Shown here in pieces: positions 1-9,630 of a stretch of DNA of 64,000 bases. The stretch is from contig CAWJEN010000005.1 of assembly GCA_963841915.1 (NCBI GenBank), forward strand, positions 480,001 to 544,000. Direction: 5' to 3'. The position numbers and the translations under genes were made by a program. Below the pieces are notes generated by a model. It was given only the letters and a program-made list of their open reading frames with translations. It had not been told where the DNA came from and did not search any database. Source of the stretch: an uncultured Planctomycetota bacterium. GTDB lineage: Bacteria > Planctomycetota > Phycisphaerae > Tepidisphaerales > Tepidisphaeraceae. How positions within the stretch are numbered: position 1 is the first letter of the stretch; each line of letters starts with the position of its first letter.

Positions 1-173
1 ACCTTGTCGGCCTGCTCGTCGTATCGGCTGCGGGGCACGGTGACGCTGACCTGCTTCTGCGATGGGCCCGAGTCCGAGACTTCGTATTTGTACTCGAAGC
101 CATCGCCACCATCGGCAAGGGCATCGAGCTGGTCATTCGTGTCAGTCGGCTCGGCGACGGCGGTGTCGGCCAT
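1..173 (-). CDS. tig: Trigger factor, N-terminal part (runs off window edge)
   Basis: Manual translation MADTAVAEP...YKYEVSDSGPSQKQVSVTVPRSRYDEQADK resembles the start of the trigger factor ribosome-binding domain; partial. Confidence 0.6.
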   Translation of the reverse strand, partial: MADTAVAEPTDTNDQLDALADGGDGFEYKYEVSDSGPSQKQVSVTVPRSRYDEQADK

Positions 174-300
174 GGTTCAGTCGTTTACTTAAGGGTGCGG
201 AAGGGTCAGCGTGCCACGGTTGGCGGGTCGGCAGTGTAGGTGCGACCGGCGACTGTTCAATGTGCAAGTGGACGACCGCCTGAACGGCGTAGGGTGCGGC

Positions 301-720
301 ATGGCCGATTCACCGTTCGAGATCAGTGTCGACAGTGACTGGAAGCAGCAAGCCCGCGAGGAGAAACGCAAACTTGCCGAAGAAGCGGCCAGGAAGTCCG
401 AGGCCGCCAAGCCCGCACCCGCCGCCGCCCCGACCGCCAAGGGGCAAGCCGCGCCGCGTGCCAGAGGCACAGCCGACTTTAAAGGTTTGGTCCGTTCCAT
501 CTCCGAGACCGTGCTGATGTACCTCGGAGCGGTGCCCGTCGGGGCCGACGGGCGAGGCATGCTCGACCTGGACGAAGCCAAACGTCAGATCGACCTGCTG
601 GCCGTCCTGGAGGACAAGACGACCGGCAACCTCGGGGCCGACGAGCAGGCGTCGCTGGACGTCGCGCTGTACGAGTCGCGGACGCGGTACGCGTCAGTCG
701 CACAGCGTTACATTCTCTAG
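301..720 (+). CDS. DUF1844-like protein
   Basis: VDSDWKQQAREEK N-terminus and AKRQIDLLAVLEDKTTGNL...LYESR C-terminus. Confidence 0.75.
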   Translation: MADSPFEISVDSDWKQQAREEKRKLAEEAARKSEAAKPAPAAAPTAKGQAAPRARGTADFKGLVRSISETVLMYLGAVPVGADGRGMLDLDEAKRQIDLLAVLEDKTTGNLGADEQASLDVALYESRTRYASVAQRYIL

Positions 721-995
721 TGCTCGATGCGGAAGCTGTCGTCGCCTTGCGGCTGGCGAGAGTCGGTGGTGGCCTCGACGATGTTCCGCTGCATGCGGTC
801 TTTGACGCTGTCGATGAAGCGGGCGACTTCTGCCCGCTCGCCTTCAGCGACGAGTTCCACGCGGCCGTCGGCGAGGTTCTTGACGTACCCGCCGACCCGG
901 AACGATCGGGCGATGGAACGGGTCGTGGCACGAAACCCGACGCCCTGCACGCGGCCGCTGAAGTGAACGATGCGACGGACGGTGCTTTCCTTCAC
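717..995 (-). CDS. acyP: Acylphosphatase
   Basis: SGRVQGVGFR and GYVKNLADGRVELVAEG signatures. Confidence 0.92.
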   Translation of the reverse strand: MKESTVRRIVHFSGRVQGVGFRATTRSIARSFRVGGYVKNLADGRVELVAEGERAEVARFIDSVKDRMQRNIVEATTDSRQPQGDDSFRIEH

Positions 996-1003
996 GAAGC
1001 ACC

Positions 1004-1633
1004 TTACGTGCCGAAGATGCGGTCACCCGCGTCGCCGAGGCCGGGGCGGATGTAGTGCCTCTCGTCTAGCTCGCGGTCCAGGGCGGCGGTGTAGATCTCG
1101 ATGTCCGGGTGGACGTTCCGCAGGTTTGCGATGCCCTCCGGTGCGGCGACGAGACACATGAAGCGGATGTTGCGGGCCGGCACGCCTTGCGCCTTAAGGA
1201 AGCTGACGCACCGAATCGCACTGCCACCGGTGGCGAGCATCGGGTCGGTCACGATCGTTTCACAGTCGGCCACGTCGGGTGGCAGCTTGTGGTAGTACGC
1301 GCCGGCCTCGGCCGTCTCTTCGTTGCGTTCGAGGCCGACGTGACCGACGCGGCAATCCGTAATGAGCCGCATGACGCCACTGGTCATGCCGAGGCCCGCC
1401 CGCAGGATCGGCACCAGGCAGACCGGCCGGGCCAACTCGACGCCGACCATCTCTTCGAGCGGCGTCTTTACCGGCCGTTCGCGAGTCGGCATCGACCGGG
1501 TGATCTCGTACGTCATGAGCATGGCGACCTCTTCGACAAGGCCGCGAAAGGCACGGTGGTCGGTCCGTTCGTCGCGCAGCTCGGTGAGCTTCGTGCGGAT
1601 GACCGGGTGATCGACGACGGTGAGGCGAGACAT
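1004..1633 (-). CDS. upp: Uracil phosphoribosyltransferase
   Basis: VPILRAGLGM, DPMLATGGS, YIRPGLGDAGDRIFGT. Confidence 0.96.
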   Translation of the reverse strand: MSRLTVVDHPVIRTKLTELRDERTDHRAFRGLVEEVAMLMTYEITRSMPTRERPVKTPLEEMVGVELARPVCLVPILRAGLGMTSGVMRLITDCRVGHVGLERNEETAEAGAYYHKLPPDVADCETIVTDPMLATGGSAIRCVSFLKAQGVPARNIRFMCLVAAPEGIANLRNVHPDIEIYTAALDRELDERHYIRPGLGDAGDRIFGT

Positions 1634-1670
1634 GGGCGGAAGGAGTGCGTGGTGAACGACCGGCTTTGCC

Positions 1671-2399
1671 TCAGCTGCTCGCCTGCAGCGGCGTTTCTTC
1701 ATACGGCTGGACGACGACCCAGCCTTCGCCTTGCGTGGCGTCGAACTGCATCTGGAAGCTCTCGCCGCTGCCTCTGCCGATGAAGGTTTTGAGGCTCATG
1801 TCGGTCTTGAAGCCGGGGTTGAGGTTGCCGCTCCAGGCGACGGTGGCGTTGGGGTCTGTAAAGACGGTTTGGCCGGGCGAGACGCGGAGCGTCAGCGGGT
1901 CATGGTGCGTGCCGATGGCGAGCAGGCCGCTACCTTCGATGCGGACATTAAACAGGCCGCCACTGACCACGGCGGCGACTTTCTTCATCATCTTCACGTC
2001 GTACGTCAGCGACGGTGCAAAAGCGATAAGGTCTTCGCCGTTGACGACGACCGCCTCGTTCTGCAGGTCGAGGACTGTAAGCTTCTTACCATCGTCGGCG
2101 AGATAAACACGACCGCTACCTTCGGCCTTCGTGAGCTTGGCCCCTTCGCCGGTGAACTGGCGTTTGAGGAACTTGCCGATGCCTTCCTCCATCATGCCCT
2201 GGCGGGTGAACTTGACGTTGCCGACGTAGGCGACCATGCCGCCCATCTTCGTCCAGACTGACGGATTGGCGTCGTCGAGATTCACCTCGAGCATGTGCGG
2301 GCTCTCGAGCTCGAAGAACCCGTGGCCGCGGTCGCGTTGGGCCGTCTTGGCAAGGAACTCGCTGACAGTCATTCGGCCTGCGTCGGTGGCGTTGCTCAT
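1671..2399 (-). CDS. AIM24 family protein
   Basis: GGMVAY, FTGEG, SGGLFNVRIEGSG, TDPNATVAW, GRGSGESFQMQF, VVVQP. Confidence 0.85.
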   Translation of the reverse strand: MSNATDAGRMTVSEFLAKTAQRDRGHGFFELESPHMLEVNLDDANPSVWTKMGGMVAYVGNVKFTRQGMMEEGIGKFLKRQFTGEGAKLTKAEGSGRVYLADDGKKLTVLDLQNEAVVVNGEDLIAFAPSLTYDVKMMKKVAAVVSGGLFNVRIEGSGLLAIGTHHDPLTLRVSPGQTVFTDPNATVAWSGNLNPGFKTDMSLKTFIGRGSGESFQMQFDATQGEGWVVVQPYEETPLQASS

Positions 2400-2965
2400 G
2401 CCGAGATCATGCCGTTTTCGCGGGCGTACGCAAACACGCCACCCGCCTCGACGATCGGCAGCACATCGCCCAGCGGCTCGAGCTTTGCCTCGGTGCCCTG
2501 CGTCAGGTTCTTGTACAGGCCGGCATCCAGGTCGATCTCGACCTCGTCGCCGGTGCGTGTCGATTCGACCAGCCGCTCGAGCGACACCATCGGCAACAGG
2601 TAACCGCCGTTGATGGAGTTGCGGTAGAAGATTCGTGCGTAAAACTCGGCGACGACGGCCTTGATGCCGGCCTCGGCGTAGGCAAGCGGGGCGTGCTCGC
2701 GGGACGAGCCGCAGCCGAAGTTCTTGCCGCCGATGATGATGTCGTACGAACTGGTGAACCCGTCGCCGTCAGGATCGATGAACGGCACGTTGCCCTCCGG
2801 CAACCCGTCCTGCCCCTTCGGCACGCCGGCGTTGGCGAATTTTCCAAAGTACTTGCGCTCGTCCGGATCGCTCGGGTTGTAACTCAGAAACTCGGCCGGA
2901 ATGATCTGGTCGGTATCGATGTTGTCGCCGAGCACGTAGGCGCGGCCCTTGATGACGGTCTCCAT
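2396..2965 (-). CDS. leuD: 3-isopropylmalate dehydratase small subunit
   Basis: DNIDTDQIIPA, NFGCGSSREHAP, ARIFYRNSING, AGG near the C-terminus. Confidence 0.9.
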   Translation of the reverse strand: METVIKGRAYVLGDNIDTDQIIPAEFLSYNPSDPDERKYFGKFANAGVPKGQDGLPEGNVPFIDPDGDGFTSSYDIIIGGKNFGCGSSREHAPLAYAEAGIKAVVAEFYARIFYRNSINGGYLLPMVSLERLVESTRTGDEVEIDLDAGLYKNLTQGTEAKLEPLGDVLPIVEAGGVFAYARENGMISA

Positions 2966-2985
2966 GATGACCGCACCGTAGCGGG

Positions 2986-3573
2986 TCAGCGTCGCAAGCG
3001 ACGGGTCACATCGTCCGACGCGTTGATTAAGTCAGCGTCGGCGTCGCCTGCGATGCGGTTGGCGATGGAGCGTTCGAGTTCGACATCCCGGCCGGTGGCG
3101 TACCAACCGAATCGCGTGTCGCGATCTTCATCCGACCGACGGCGTGGTCCGTATCGTACCGCATACCGCTCCAGAACGACGCGAGGCGAGACGATCCAAC
3201 CGCCCTTCACCCGCTCGAACTCGAATCGCGCAGTACGCCGCAACCGACTAAGCGTGGATTCGATTGACAAGGCGGTCGTGCGATGTGCATCCCGCCACGG
3301 CTCGAAGATGGTCCCGCCCTCGGCCGCTTCGGTGCTGACGTAGCCGTTGCGATAGTCGACGGTGGCATCTTCAAATTCGAAGCGTTTGCGTGCGGCTTCG
3401 GCTGCGTCCCAGAGCTTGCGGTAGTCGTTACCGAGAACGCTGACCGCCGCCGGCTGCTCGAACCAGTAGTCAACGCTGGCGGCGTTGCGGTTGTCCTCCC
3501 ACGCCGGCCGCGTCGAACAACCCGCGAGCAGGGCGATGAGAAGAACGGCAGAAACTCTAGCGAACGCGATCAC
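2986..3573 (-). CDS. Hypothetical lipoprotein
   Basis: GTG start overlapping the pyk stop; hydrophobic signal with lipobox LLAGC. Confidence 0.7.
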   Translation of the reverse strand: MIAFARVSAVLLIALLAGCSTRPAWEDNRNAASVDYWFEQPAAVSVLGNDYRKLWDAAEAARKRFEFEDATVDYRNGYVSTEAAEGGTIFEPWRDAHRTTALSIESTLSRLRRTARFEFERVKGGWIVSPRVVLERYAVRYGPRRRSDEDRDTRFGWYATGRDVELERSIANRIAGDADADLINASDDVTRRLRR

Positions 3574-5102
3574 GCCGCCTCCACGTCGCAAGGGTCGGGT
3601 ACTTGCCGGCCGACGGTATGGATGATGATGCCGTTCATCGTCCCCGGCGCACCAAGGTGACGGCCGGCGACGATGATGACGCGGTCACCCTCGCTGGCGA
3701 GCCCGCGATCCACGACGAGCTGGTCGGCCGCGTCGCTGAGCGCCTGCAGGTTGGCCGGTTGGTCCATGTACATCGGAATCACGCCGTAGTGCAACGCCAT
3801 CTGCCGAAGCTGACGCACGTCGTCCGTCAGGGCGAGTGTCGGCACGTCGAACCGTTGACCGGCAAAAATGCGCGCGGTGTCACCGGTGATGCTGTAGACG
3901 ACCACCGCCTTGCATGGCAGCGACGCGAGCATCTGCCGAACCGCCTTGGCCGCGGCGAGCGTCACCTGCAGATCGCCCGGTGCCGTCTCGGCCCCACCGG
4001 GTCCGCCGCCGTGCGTGACGATGTAGCCCTCCGTCGCCTCGGCCACGTGCCGCATGACGTGCACGCTGCCGACCGGGAACTTACCGACGCTCGTCTCGCC
4101 TGACAGCATCGTCGCATCGGTGCCGTCGAAGATCGCATTCGCCACGTCGCTCACCTCGGCCCGCGTCGGGCTCGGCACGTCGACCATGCTCTGCAGCATC
4201 TGCGTCGCCACGATCGCCGGCTTCCCGGCTCGGCGGCACTTAGCCAGCAGATCCTTTTGAATGATCGGCACCCGTGCCAGGTCCATCTCGACGCCTAAAT
4301 CGCCGCGTGCGACCATCAGGCCGTCACTGGCTTCGATGATCCCGTCGATGTCGCTGACGGCCTCGGCCTTTTCGATTTTGGCAATGATGCCGATCTTGCT
4401 GCCCCGCGCGTCGAGCCGCTTGCGCAGCTCCCTGATGTCGTCCGCCCGCCGCACGAAGGACAACGCGAGATAATCGAGGTCGTTGTCGATCGCAAAGTCG
4501 ACACACGACCAGTCGCGTTTGGTGATGCTGGGCAGCCCGAGCCGCGTGCCAGGCAGGTTGATGCCTTTGCGCGTCTTGACGACACCGCCAGCCGTGCAGC
4601 GGAGCAGGATCGCATCGACGTTGTCGCCGCGGACGAGCTTTTCTTCGCAGACGAAGCGGAGCAGGCCGTCTTCGATGAGCAAACGGTCGCCGACTTCAAC
4701 GTCGTCGACAAGACCCTGGTAGGTGCAACTAACGATGCCGTTTCTACCGACGACTGGGTCGCGTTGGATGGTGAGGGTGTCACCGGTCTCGACACGCATC
4801 CCGCGGTCGTCGTTGTCTTCGTCGACATCACCGACGCGGATCTTCGGACCGCCCAAGTCACCAAGAATGGCGACGGGCCTACCGATGGCCTCGACCTGTT
4901 GGCGGATGGTGGCGAGCGTCTTGGCGTGACCTTCAAGCTCGCCGTGGCTGAAGTTGAGCCGGCAGACGTCGACACCGGCTGCGAGCAGAGACCGCAGGTC
5001 GTCGGGCGCTTCGACGGCCGGCCCGAGGGTGGCGACGATCTTCGTGCGGATCGGTGTCAGTTGCTTGGGTTGCAGGTCAGACGGAGCGTGTGTGGCCGGC
5101 AT
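3570..5102 (-). CDS. pyk: Pyruvate kinase
   Basis: RTKIVATLGP, RLNFSHG, AKIE, MVARGDLGVE, ATQMLQSM, PTRAEVSDVANA, MLSGET. Confidence 0.97.
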   Translation of the reverse strand: MPATHAPSDLQPKQLTPIRTKIVATLGPAVEAPDDLRSLLAAGVDVCRLNFSHGELEGHAKTLATIRQQVEAIGRPVAILGDLGGPKIRVGDVDEDNDDRGMRVETGDTLTIQRDPVVGRNGIVSCTYQGLVDDVEVGDRLLIEDGLLRFVCEEKLVRGDNVDAILLRCTAGGVVKTRKGINLPGTRLGLPSITKRDWSCVDFAIDNDLDYLALSFVRRADDIRELRKRLDARGSKIGIIAKIEKAEAVSDIDGIIEASDGLMVARGDLGVEMDLARVPIIQKDLLAKCRRAGKPAIVATQMLQSMVDVPSPTRAEVSDVANAIFDGTDATMLSGETSVGKFPVGSVHVMRHVAEATEGYIVTHGGGPGGAETAPGDLQVTLAAAKAVRQMLASLPCKAVVVYSITGDTARIFAGQRFDVPTLALTDDVRQLRQMALHYGVIPMYMDQPANLQALSDAADQLVVDRGLASEGDRVIIVAGRHLGAPGTMNGIIIHTVGRQVPDPCDVEAA

Positions 5103-5534
5103 GTCGACGATGCTACGGTGCGGACGCCGTGCCGCCAGAGCTTGACGACGTGCCAACATCTCAACCTGCAGCCGAGCGGGAAGCGCAGCGCCGCGACAAC
5201 GCCCGCGGATGTCTGCTGGCGCTTGTGTTGGAAGGCGCTGCATTACTGGCCGGGGCGGCGTGGCTGCTGGCACGCGTGCTCGACTGGCCGCAACTGGCTC
5301 GGACGACGGGCTTTGCATTCCTCGTGTTCACGTGCTGCGCGGCCGTTGTGTGTGTCTTATTGCTCATCCTCGGCAACACGAGGCGTCAGCGAGACATCCG
5401 TCATCAGGCGTGACAACTTCGTGTCCCAGCAACTTTGGCTGCTGCACCTGCTACTTAAAACGGATGTACAATGTGGTTCGCCGCGAGCGATCGCTGGCGG
5501 ATGACGCACCCACTGCTCAAACAAGAACACAAAG

Positions 5535-6308
5535 ATGGCTTACGGACAGTTCGATAACGAAGGCTCCAACTGGGGCGGCGCCTACTCGATGCCGGTGAGC
5601 GAAGCTCCGGCTGAGACACGAGCCTCCTTCATTAGACAGACCTATGGCCACCTGGCTGGCGCGGTGGCGGCGCTGGTAGGCATCGAATTGATTGCCTTCA
5701 GTGTCTTGCCGGCTTCAACGCTTGAAAGCATCACGACGACCATGTTCGCCGGACTGGGCGGATACGCGTGGCTTGTCGTTCTCGGCCTGTTCTTCGCCGT
5801 CTCGACGGTTGCCCAGAAATGGGCAATGAACGGAGCGAACGTGGGCATGCAATATGCAGGCCTGGGTCTTTATGTCGTCGCACAGGCGGCGATTCTGCTG
5901 CCGCTGCTGACGATTGCGACCGCCTACACCGATGCCGGAATGGACGCAAGCCCGTTCGGCCTGATCCCGACGGCCGCGGTAATCACCGCTTTGATCGTCG
6001 GCGGCTTGACAGCGTTTGTCTTCGTCACGGGTGCCAACTTCAATTGGCTCGGCGGCATCCTCATGGTGGCCGGCCTCGGGTTCGCCGGGTTGATCGTCGC
6101 CAGCATTTTGTTTGGCTTCACGCTCGGACTGGCCTTCATCGTCTTCGGTGTCGTGCTCATGTCAGCCGGCGTCCTCTACCAGACGAGCAACATCATGCAC
6201 GAGTACCCGGTCGGCAGCCACGTCGCTGCCAGCCTGGCACTGTTCGCCAGCATCGCAATGCTGTTCTGGTACGTACTGCAGCTGCTCATGAGCCTGCAAC
6301 GCGAGTAG
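5535..6308 (+). CDS. Bax inhibitor-1/YccA family membrane protein
   Basis: About 7 hydrophobic helices; RASFIRQTYGHL; VLYQTSNIMHEY...ASLALFASIAMLFWY. Confidence 0.88.
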   Translation: MAYGQFDNEGSNWGGAYSMPVSEAPAETRASFIRQTYGHLAGAVAALVGIELIAFSVLPASTLESITTTMFAGLGGYAWLVVLGLFFAVSTVAQKWAMNGANVGMQYAGLGLYVVAQAAILLPLLTIATAYTDAGMDASPFGLIPTAAVITALIVGGLTAFVFVTGANFNWLGGILMVAGLGFAGLIVASILFGFTLGLAFIVFGVVLMSAGVLYQTSNIMHEYPVGSHVAASLALFASIAMLFWYVLQLLMSLQRE

Positions 6309-6333
6309 GCGAAGCCTCAGCCACTGAAAAGAG

Positions 6334-6360
6334 AAGCCGCGTTGCCAAGCAACGCGGCTT
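6334..6360 (+). terminator. Intrinsic terminator-like hairpin
   Basis: AAGCCGCGTTGC-CAA-GCAACGCGGCTT perfect 12-bp stem 25 bp after the stop codon. Confidence 0.7.
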
Positions 6361-6410
6361 TGTCATGCTCGGTGAGGTACCCTTTGTAGAGACAAGTTCT
6401 ACCGTGCGGC

Positions 6411-6749
6411 ATGCCGTGGACCACGTTGTGCGAGCTGTCTGACCTGAGCCAGCAGGGCGAAGGCACCTTCGTCGACATCGACGGCCGGGAACTGGCGGTC
6501 TTTCTCGACGACGGCAAGCCACGCGTCATGGACAACATGTGCCCCCACGCCGGCGGCTCCATGGCCAGCGGCTACCTCGAACGGCACGGCGACGTGCAAT
6601 GCGCGGTCTGCCCCTGGCACGGCTGGGCGTTTCGCGTCGACACCGGCGACTACGTCGACATGCCCGGCTTCGAAATCAAGGTCTACGCATCGCGCATCGA
6701 AGCCCACGACGGCAAGTCCTTCGTGCAAGCCGACCTGCCGATGCCGTGA
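6411..6749 (+). CDS. Rieske [2Fe-2S] ferredoxin (NirD-like)
   Basis: CPHAG and CPWHG cluster ligands. Confidence 0.9.
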   Translation: MPWTTLCELSDLSQQGEGTFVDIDGRELAVFLDDGKPRVMDNMCPHAGGSMASGYLERHGDVQCAVCPWHGWAFRVDTGDYVDMPGFEIKVYASRIEAHDGKSFVQADLPMP

Positions 6750-6778
6750 CTGCTTCAGATTCGTCAAGGACGCGACGG

Positions 6779-7837
6779 CTACACCCCGTGATCGATCGTC
6801 TTGATAACGCCCTCGTTGGCCGCTTCGATGCCGGTGATGACAACGTTGAGCGCCTTGTACCCTTCTTCGCCGTCGATCTCGGGAGGCGTGTTGTTCAGAA
6901 TTGACTCGGTCAGCAGGGCGGCAACACCGCTGTCGGTCTGCTTCTCATTCGTTGCCACGGCACCGGCCGTGATGCGATCTCGACGGCCGTCGGCGTAGTC
7001 GATCATGACCCCGTCGGCGTAGTCGCCTTCTTCGCCGATCCGCATGACACCTTCCTCGCAGAACAGCCGCGTGCCGTTGTCACCCATGCGGCCGTAGTTG
7101 GTCCAAGAGATGTGGATCGAGCCGATCGCGCCGCTCTTCATTTCGCATTCGAGGAAGGCGTTGTCGTCGACTTCCATCGGCGTGCCATCGGGGTGCGTTT
7201 TGTGGAGCGTCTTGACGAAGCCGCCGATCTTGTGGAACTCGTCACCGGTGAGGTACCGCATGACGTCGGCCTTGTGAATGCCAAGGTCGCCGCACACGCC
7301 CATGCCCGCCATCTCCTTCTTAAAGAACCACGAGTGGATGCCGTCCATGCTCCAGCCGTCAGCGCCGGGGTGCTTGAAGTTGGTCTCGTAGGTCAGGATG
7401 CGACCGAGCTTGCCGCTGGCGAGAATCTCTTTGGCCACGACGTGCGGCGGCATGAGTCGCTGGTTCATGCCGATCATGAGGTACTTGCCGGCCTTCTTCC
7501 CGGCCTCGATCATCGCCCGTGCTTCCTCGCGGGTCGTCGCCATCGGCTTTTCGACCAGCACGTGCCGACCGGCTTCGAAGGCGTCGATCGTCTGCGGCGC
7601 GTGCAATGCATTCGGCGTCCCGATGACGGCCGCATCACTCTTGACCTTCGCGAGCATCTCCTTGTGGTCAAGGAAGTAGGGAATGTCGTACTTCTCGCCG
7701 ACCTCTTTGACGCGTGCCTCGTTCGGATCACACACCGCCACGAGCCGGCTCTTGGCGTGAGCGTGGATCTCGGGCAGGTGGCGCCGCTGCATGATCGCAC
7801 CGGCACCCATGGCTACGTAACTGACAGTGTCGCTCAT
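6779..7837 (-). CDS. Gfo/Idh/MocA family oxidoreductase
   Basis: GAGAIM, TPNALH, HVLVEKPMA, DLGIH. Confidence 0.92.
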   Translation of the reverse strand: MSDTVSYVAMGAGAIMQRRHLPEIHAHAKSRLVAVCDPNEARVKEVGEKYDIPYFLDHKEMLAKVKSDAAVIGTPNALHAPQTIDAFEAGRHVLVEKPMATTREEARAMIEAGKKAGKYLMIGMNQRLMPPHVVAKEILASGKLGRILTYETNFKHPGADGWSMDGIHSWFFKKEMAGMGVCGDLGIHKADVMRYLTGDEFHKIGGFVKTLHKTHPDGTPMEVDDNAFLECEMKSGAIGSIHISWTNYGRMGDNGTRLFCEEGVMRIGEEGDYADGVMIDYADGRRDRITAGAVATNEKQTDSGVAALLTESILNNTPPEIDGEEGYKALNVVITGIEAANEGVIKTIDHGV

Positions 7838-7938
7838 AAGGCGGCAAGCGTAGCTAGCCTTGCACCTCGACGCGAAGCGGTCTCTCGTCAACCGCGCGCC
7901 GACGACGGCACGACGGAGGACGAACACCACGAACCCAA

Positions 7939-7970
7939 AGACGCCGCCACCCGACGGGGTGGCGGCGTCT
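7939..7970 (-). terminator. Terminator-like hairpin after PEP-CTERM gene
   Basis: AGACGCCGCCACCC-GACG-GGGTGGCGGCGTCT inverted repeat, followed by a short T run on the minus strand. Confidence 0.65.
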
Positions 7971-7991
7971 CCATCAGTGGCTGAGTTTGCT

Positions 7992-8564
7992 TTACTTGCG
8001 GCGGCGCACCAGCAGCAGGCCGGCGGTGCCGAGGAGGGAGGTGGCGGTGGCTGGCTCGGGCACGACAACGACGTACGAGCCGAGGATGGGTCCGTTGTTC
8101 AAGCCGTTGTTGATCGTGCCGACGTACCCGTCAGCTTGGAACGGTGCACCGGTCAGGTCGACGTCGAGGAAGGACGAGCCGGTGAAGGCCGGGCTGAGTG
8201 TCGTGAAGACCTGAGGAAGGGCATCTGACGCCAGATTGTTGTACAAGTTCAGGTCGAGGCCGCTGCTGACGTCGAAGAAACGATCGTATGCAAGAGCACC
8301 AGGTACGGTGAGATCGCCGACGACGTCGCTGAACGGCACGTCGTTGAACGCCGTGAAGAAAAGGTCGAGCGTGATGCCGCTAAAGTCGGTTTGGGTCGCG
8401 TCATCGACTGCCGCAGCGGCGCCAGTCGAGGTGATGGTGACGGCCGTCGGGTCGCTGATGTCAATCTCGAGAAGGACGGGCAGGTTCTGAGCGGCAGCGG
8501 TGCCGACGACGGCGAAGGAAGCCACAGCCGCGATGCCGCGGGCGGCGAAGGTACGAATATGCAT
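7992..8564 (-). CDS. PEP-CTERM sorting-domain secreted protein
   Basis: Signal peptide ending AAA; C-terminal VPEP, transmembrane segment, RRRK. Confidence 0.9.
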   Translation of the reverse strand: MHIRTFAARGIAAVASFAVVGTAAAQNLPVLLEIDISDPTAVTITSTGAAAAVDDATQTDFSGITLDLFFTAFNDVPFSDVVGDLTVPGALAYDRFFDVSSGLDLNLYNNLASDALPQVFTTLSPAFTGSSFLDVDLTGAPFQADGYVGTINNGLNNGPILGSYVVVVPEPATATSLLGTAGLLLVRRRK

Positions 8565-8764
8565 AGATCTCTCCTGAGTCTCTCTTGTCCCAGCGTCGGC
8601 GTCGCCAGGGAAACGCTCCCCGACCTGTAGCCGACGCAGAACCGGCCACCCTACAAAAAGGTGGGGCGTCACCGCAACCAAGTTTCGAAAACAATCGGCA
8701 CCGTTTTCGGCCGGCGACACCACGCGGGACACCACAAGATTGAAGTGCCATTCGCTCACCCGTT

Positions 8765-9538
8765 ATGCCCACGCCCAACGGCGATCTCACGCTCACCCAC
8801 GACGATTGGCCGACCGAGCTGCATCGGGACGGGGCCTGCGTCGTAGGCGGCATTGCCGACGCAGACACGATCGACACATTGCTGGCCGCGTTAAACACTG
8901 CGGCCGAGGGCGACCCCGCGGATGCGTCCTTGCGTCGACGCCGGAAGGGTGGTGGCGGGTTTGGGCGGCGGAACGTGCTGGCGATCCCGGCCGTCGCCGC
9001 GTTCGCAACGCGTGACGCCACGCTGAACACCGTCCGCCGCATCCTCGGCGGATCGCCGCGGCCGGTCCGGGGACTGTTGTTCGATAAGACACCCGACGCC
9101 AATTGGACGGTCCCGTGGCACCAGGACCGCTCCATCGCCGTCCACGAGCGGATCGAGACCGACGGCTACGGGCCCTGGTCGACGAAGGCCGGCGTCGTTC
9201 ACGTCCAACCGCCAGTCGCGGTGCTGCAACAGATGGTGACCCTGCGGCTTGCCCTCGACGATTGCGGCCCTGACAACGGCCCCTTACGCATCCTCCCCGG
9301 CACGCACACCCGCCTCCTGACCGCCGCCGAGGTCGACGCCGCCATGGACTTGAAGGCGGCCGCGGCGACCGAGCGTGCTCTGACCTGCCGCCGCGGCGAC
9401 GCGGTGCTCATGCGTCCGCTCGTCCTGCACGCCTCCTCGCCGGCGACGAGCACCCACCAACACCGCCGCGTCCTGCACCTGGAGTACGCCGCCGGCGCCC
9501 TGAGCGGCGGTCTGCGGTGGCACTACGACACCGCGTGA
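8765..9538 (+). CDS. Phytanoyl-CoA dioxygenase (PhyH) family Fe(II)/2OG oxygenase
   Basis: FDKTPDANWTVPWHQD, DNGPLRILPGTH, LHAS, RRVLHLEY. Confidence 0.9.
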   Translation: MPTPNGDLTLTHDDWPTELHRDGACVVGGIADADTIDTLLAALNTAAEGDPADASLRRRRKGGGGFGRRNVLAIPAVAAFATRDATLNTVRRILGGSPRPVRGLLFDKTPDANWTVPWHQDRSIAVHERIETDGYGPWSTKAGVVHVQPPVAVLQQMVTLRLALDDCGPDNGPLRILPGTHTRLLTAAEVDAAMDLKAAAATERALTCRRGDAVLMRPLVLHASSPATSTHQHRRVLHLEYAAGALSGGLRWHYDTA

Positions 9539-9630
9539 CGGTTGACTCGGGTGCCACTACATTTCGTGTAGGTTGCCCCATCGCGCTGGTGTCGATGGGC
9601 AGATCCAGGAGTTGTTGAGGAGTCGTCGAC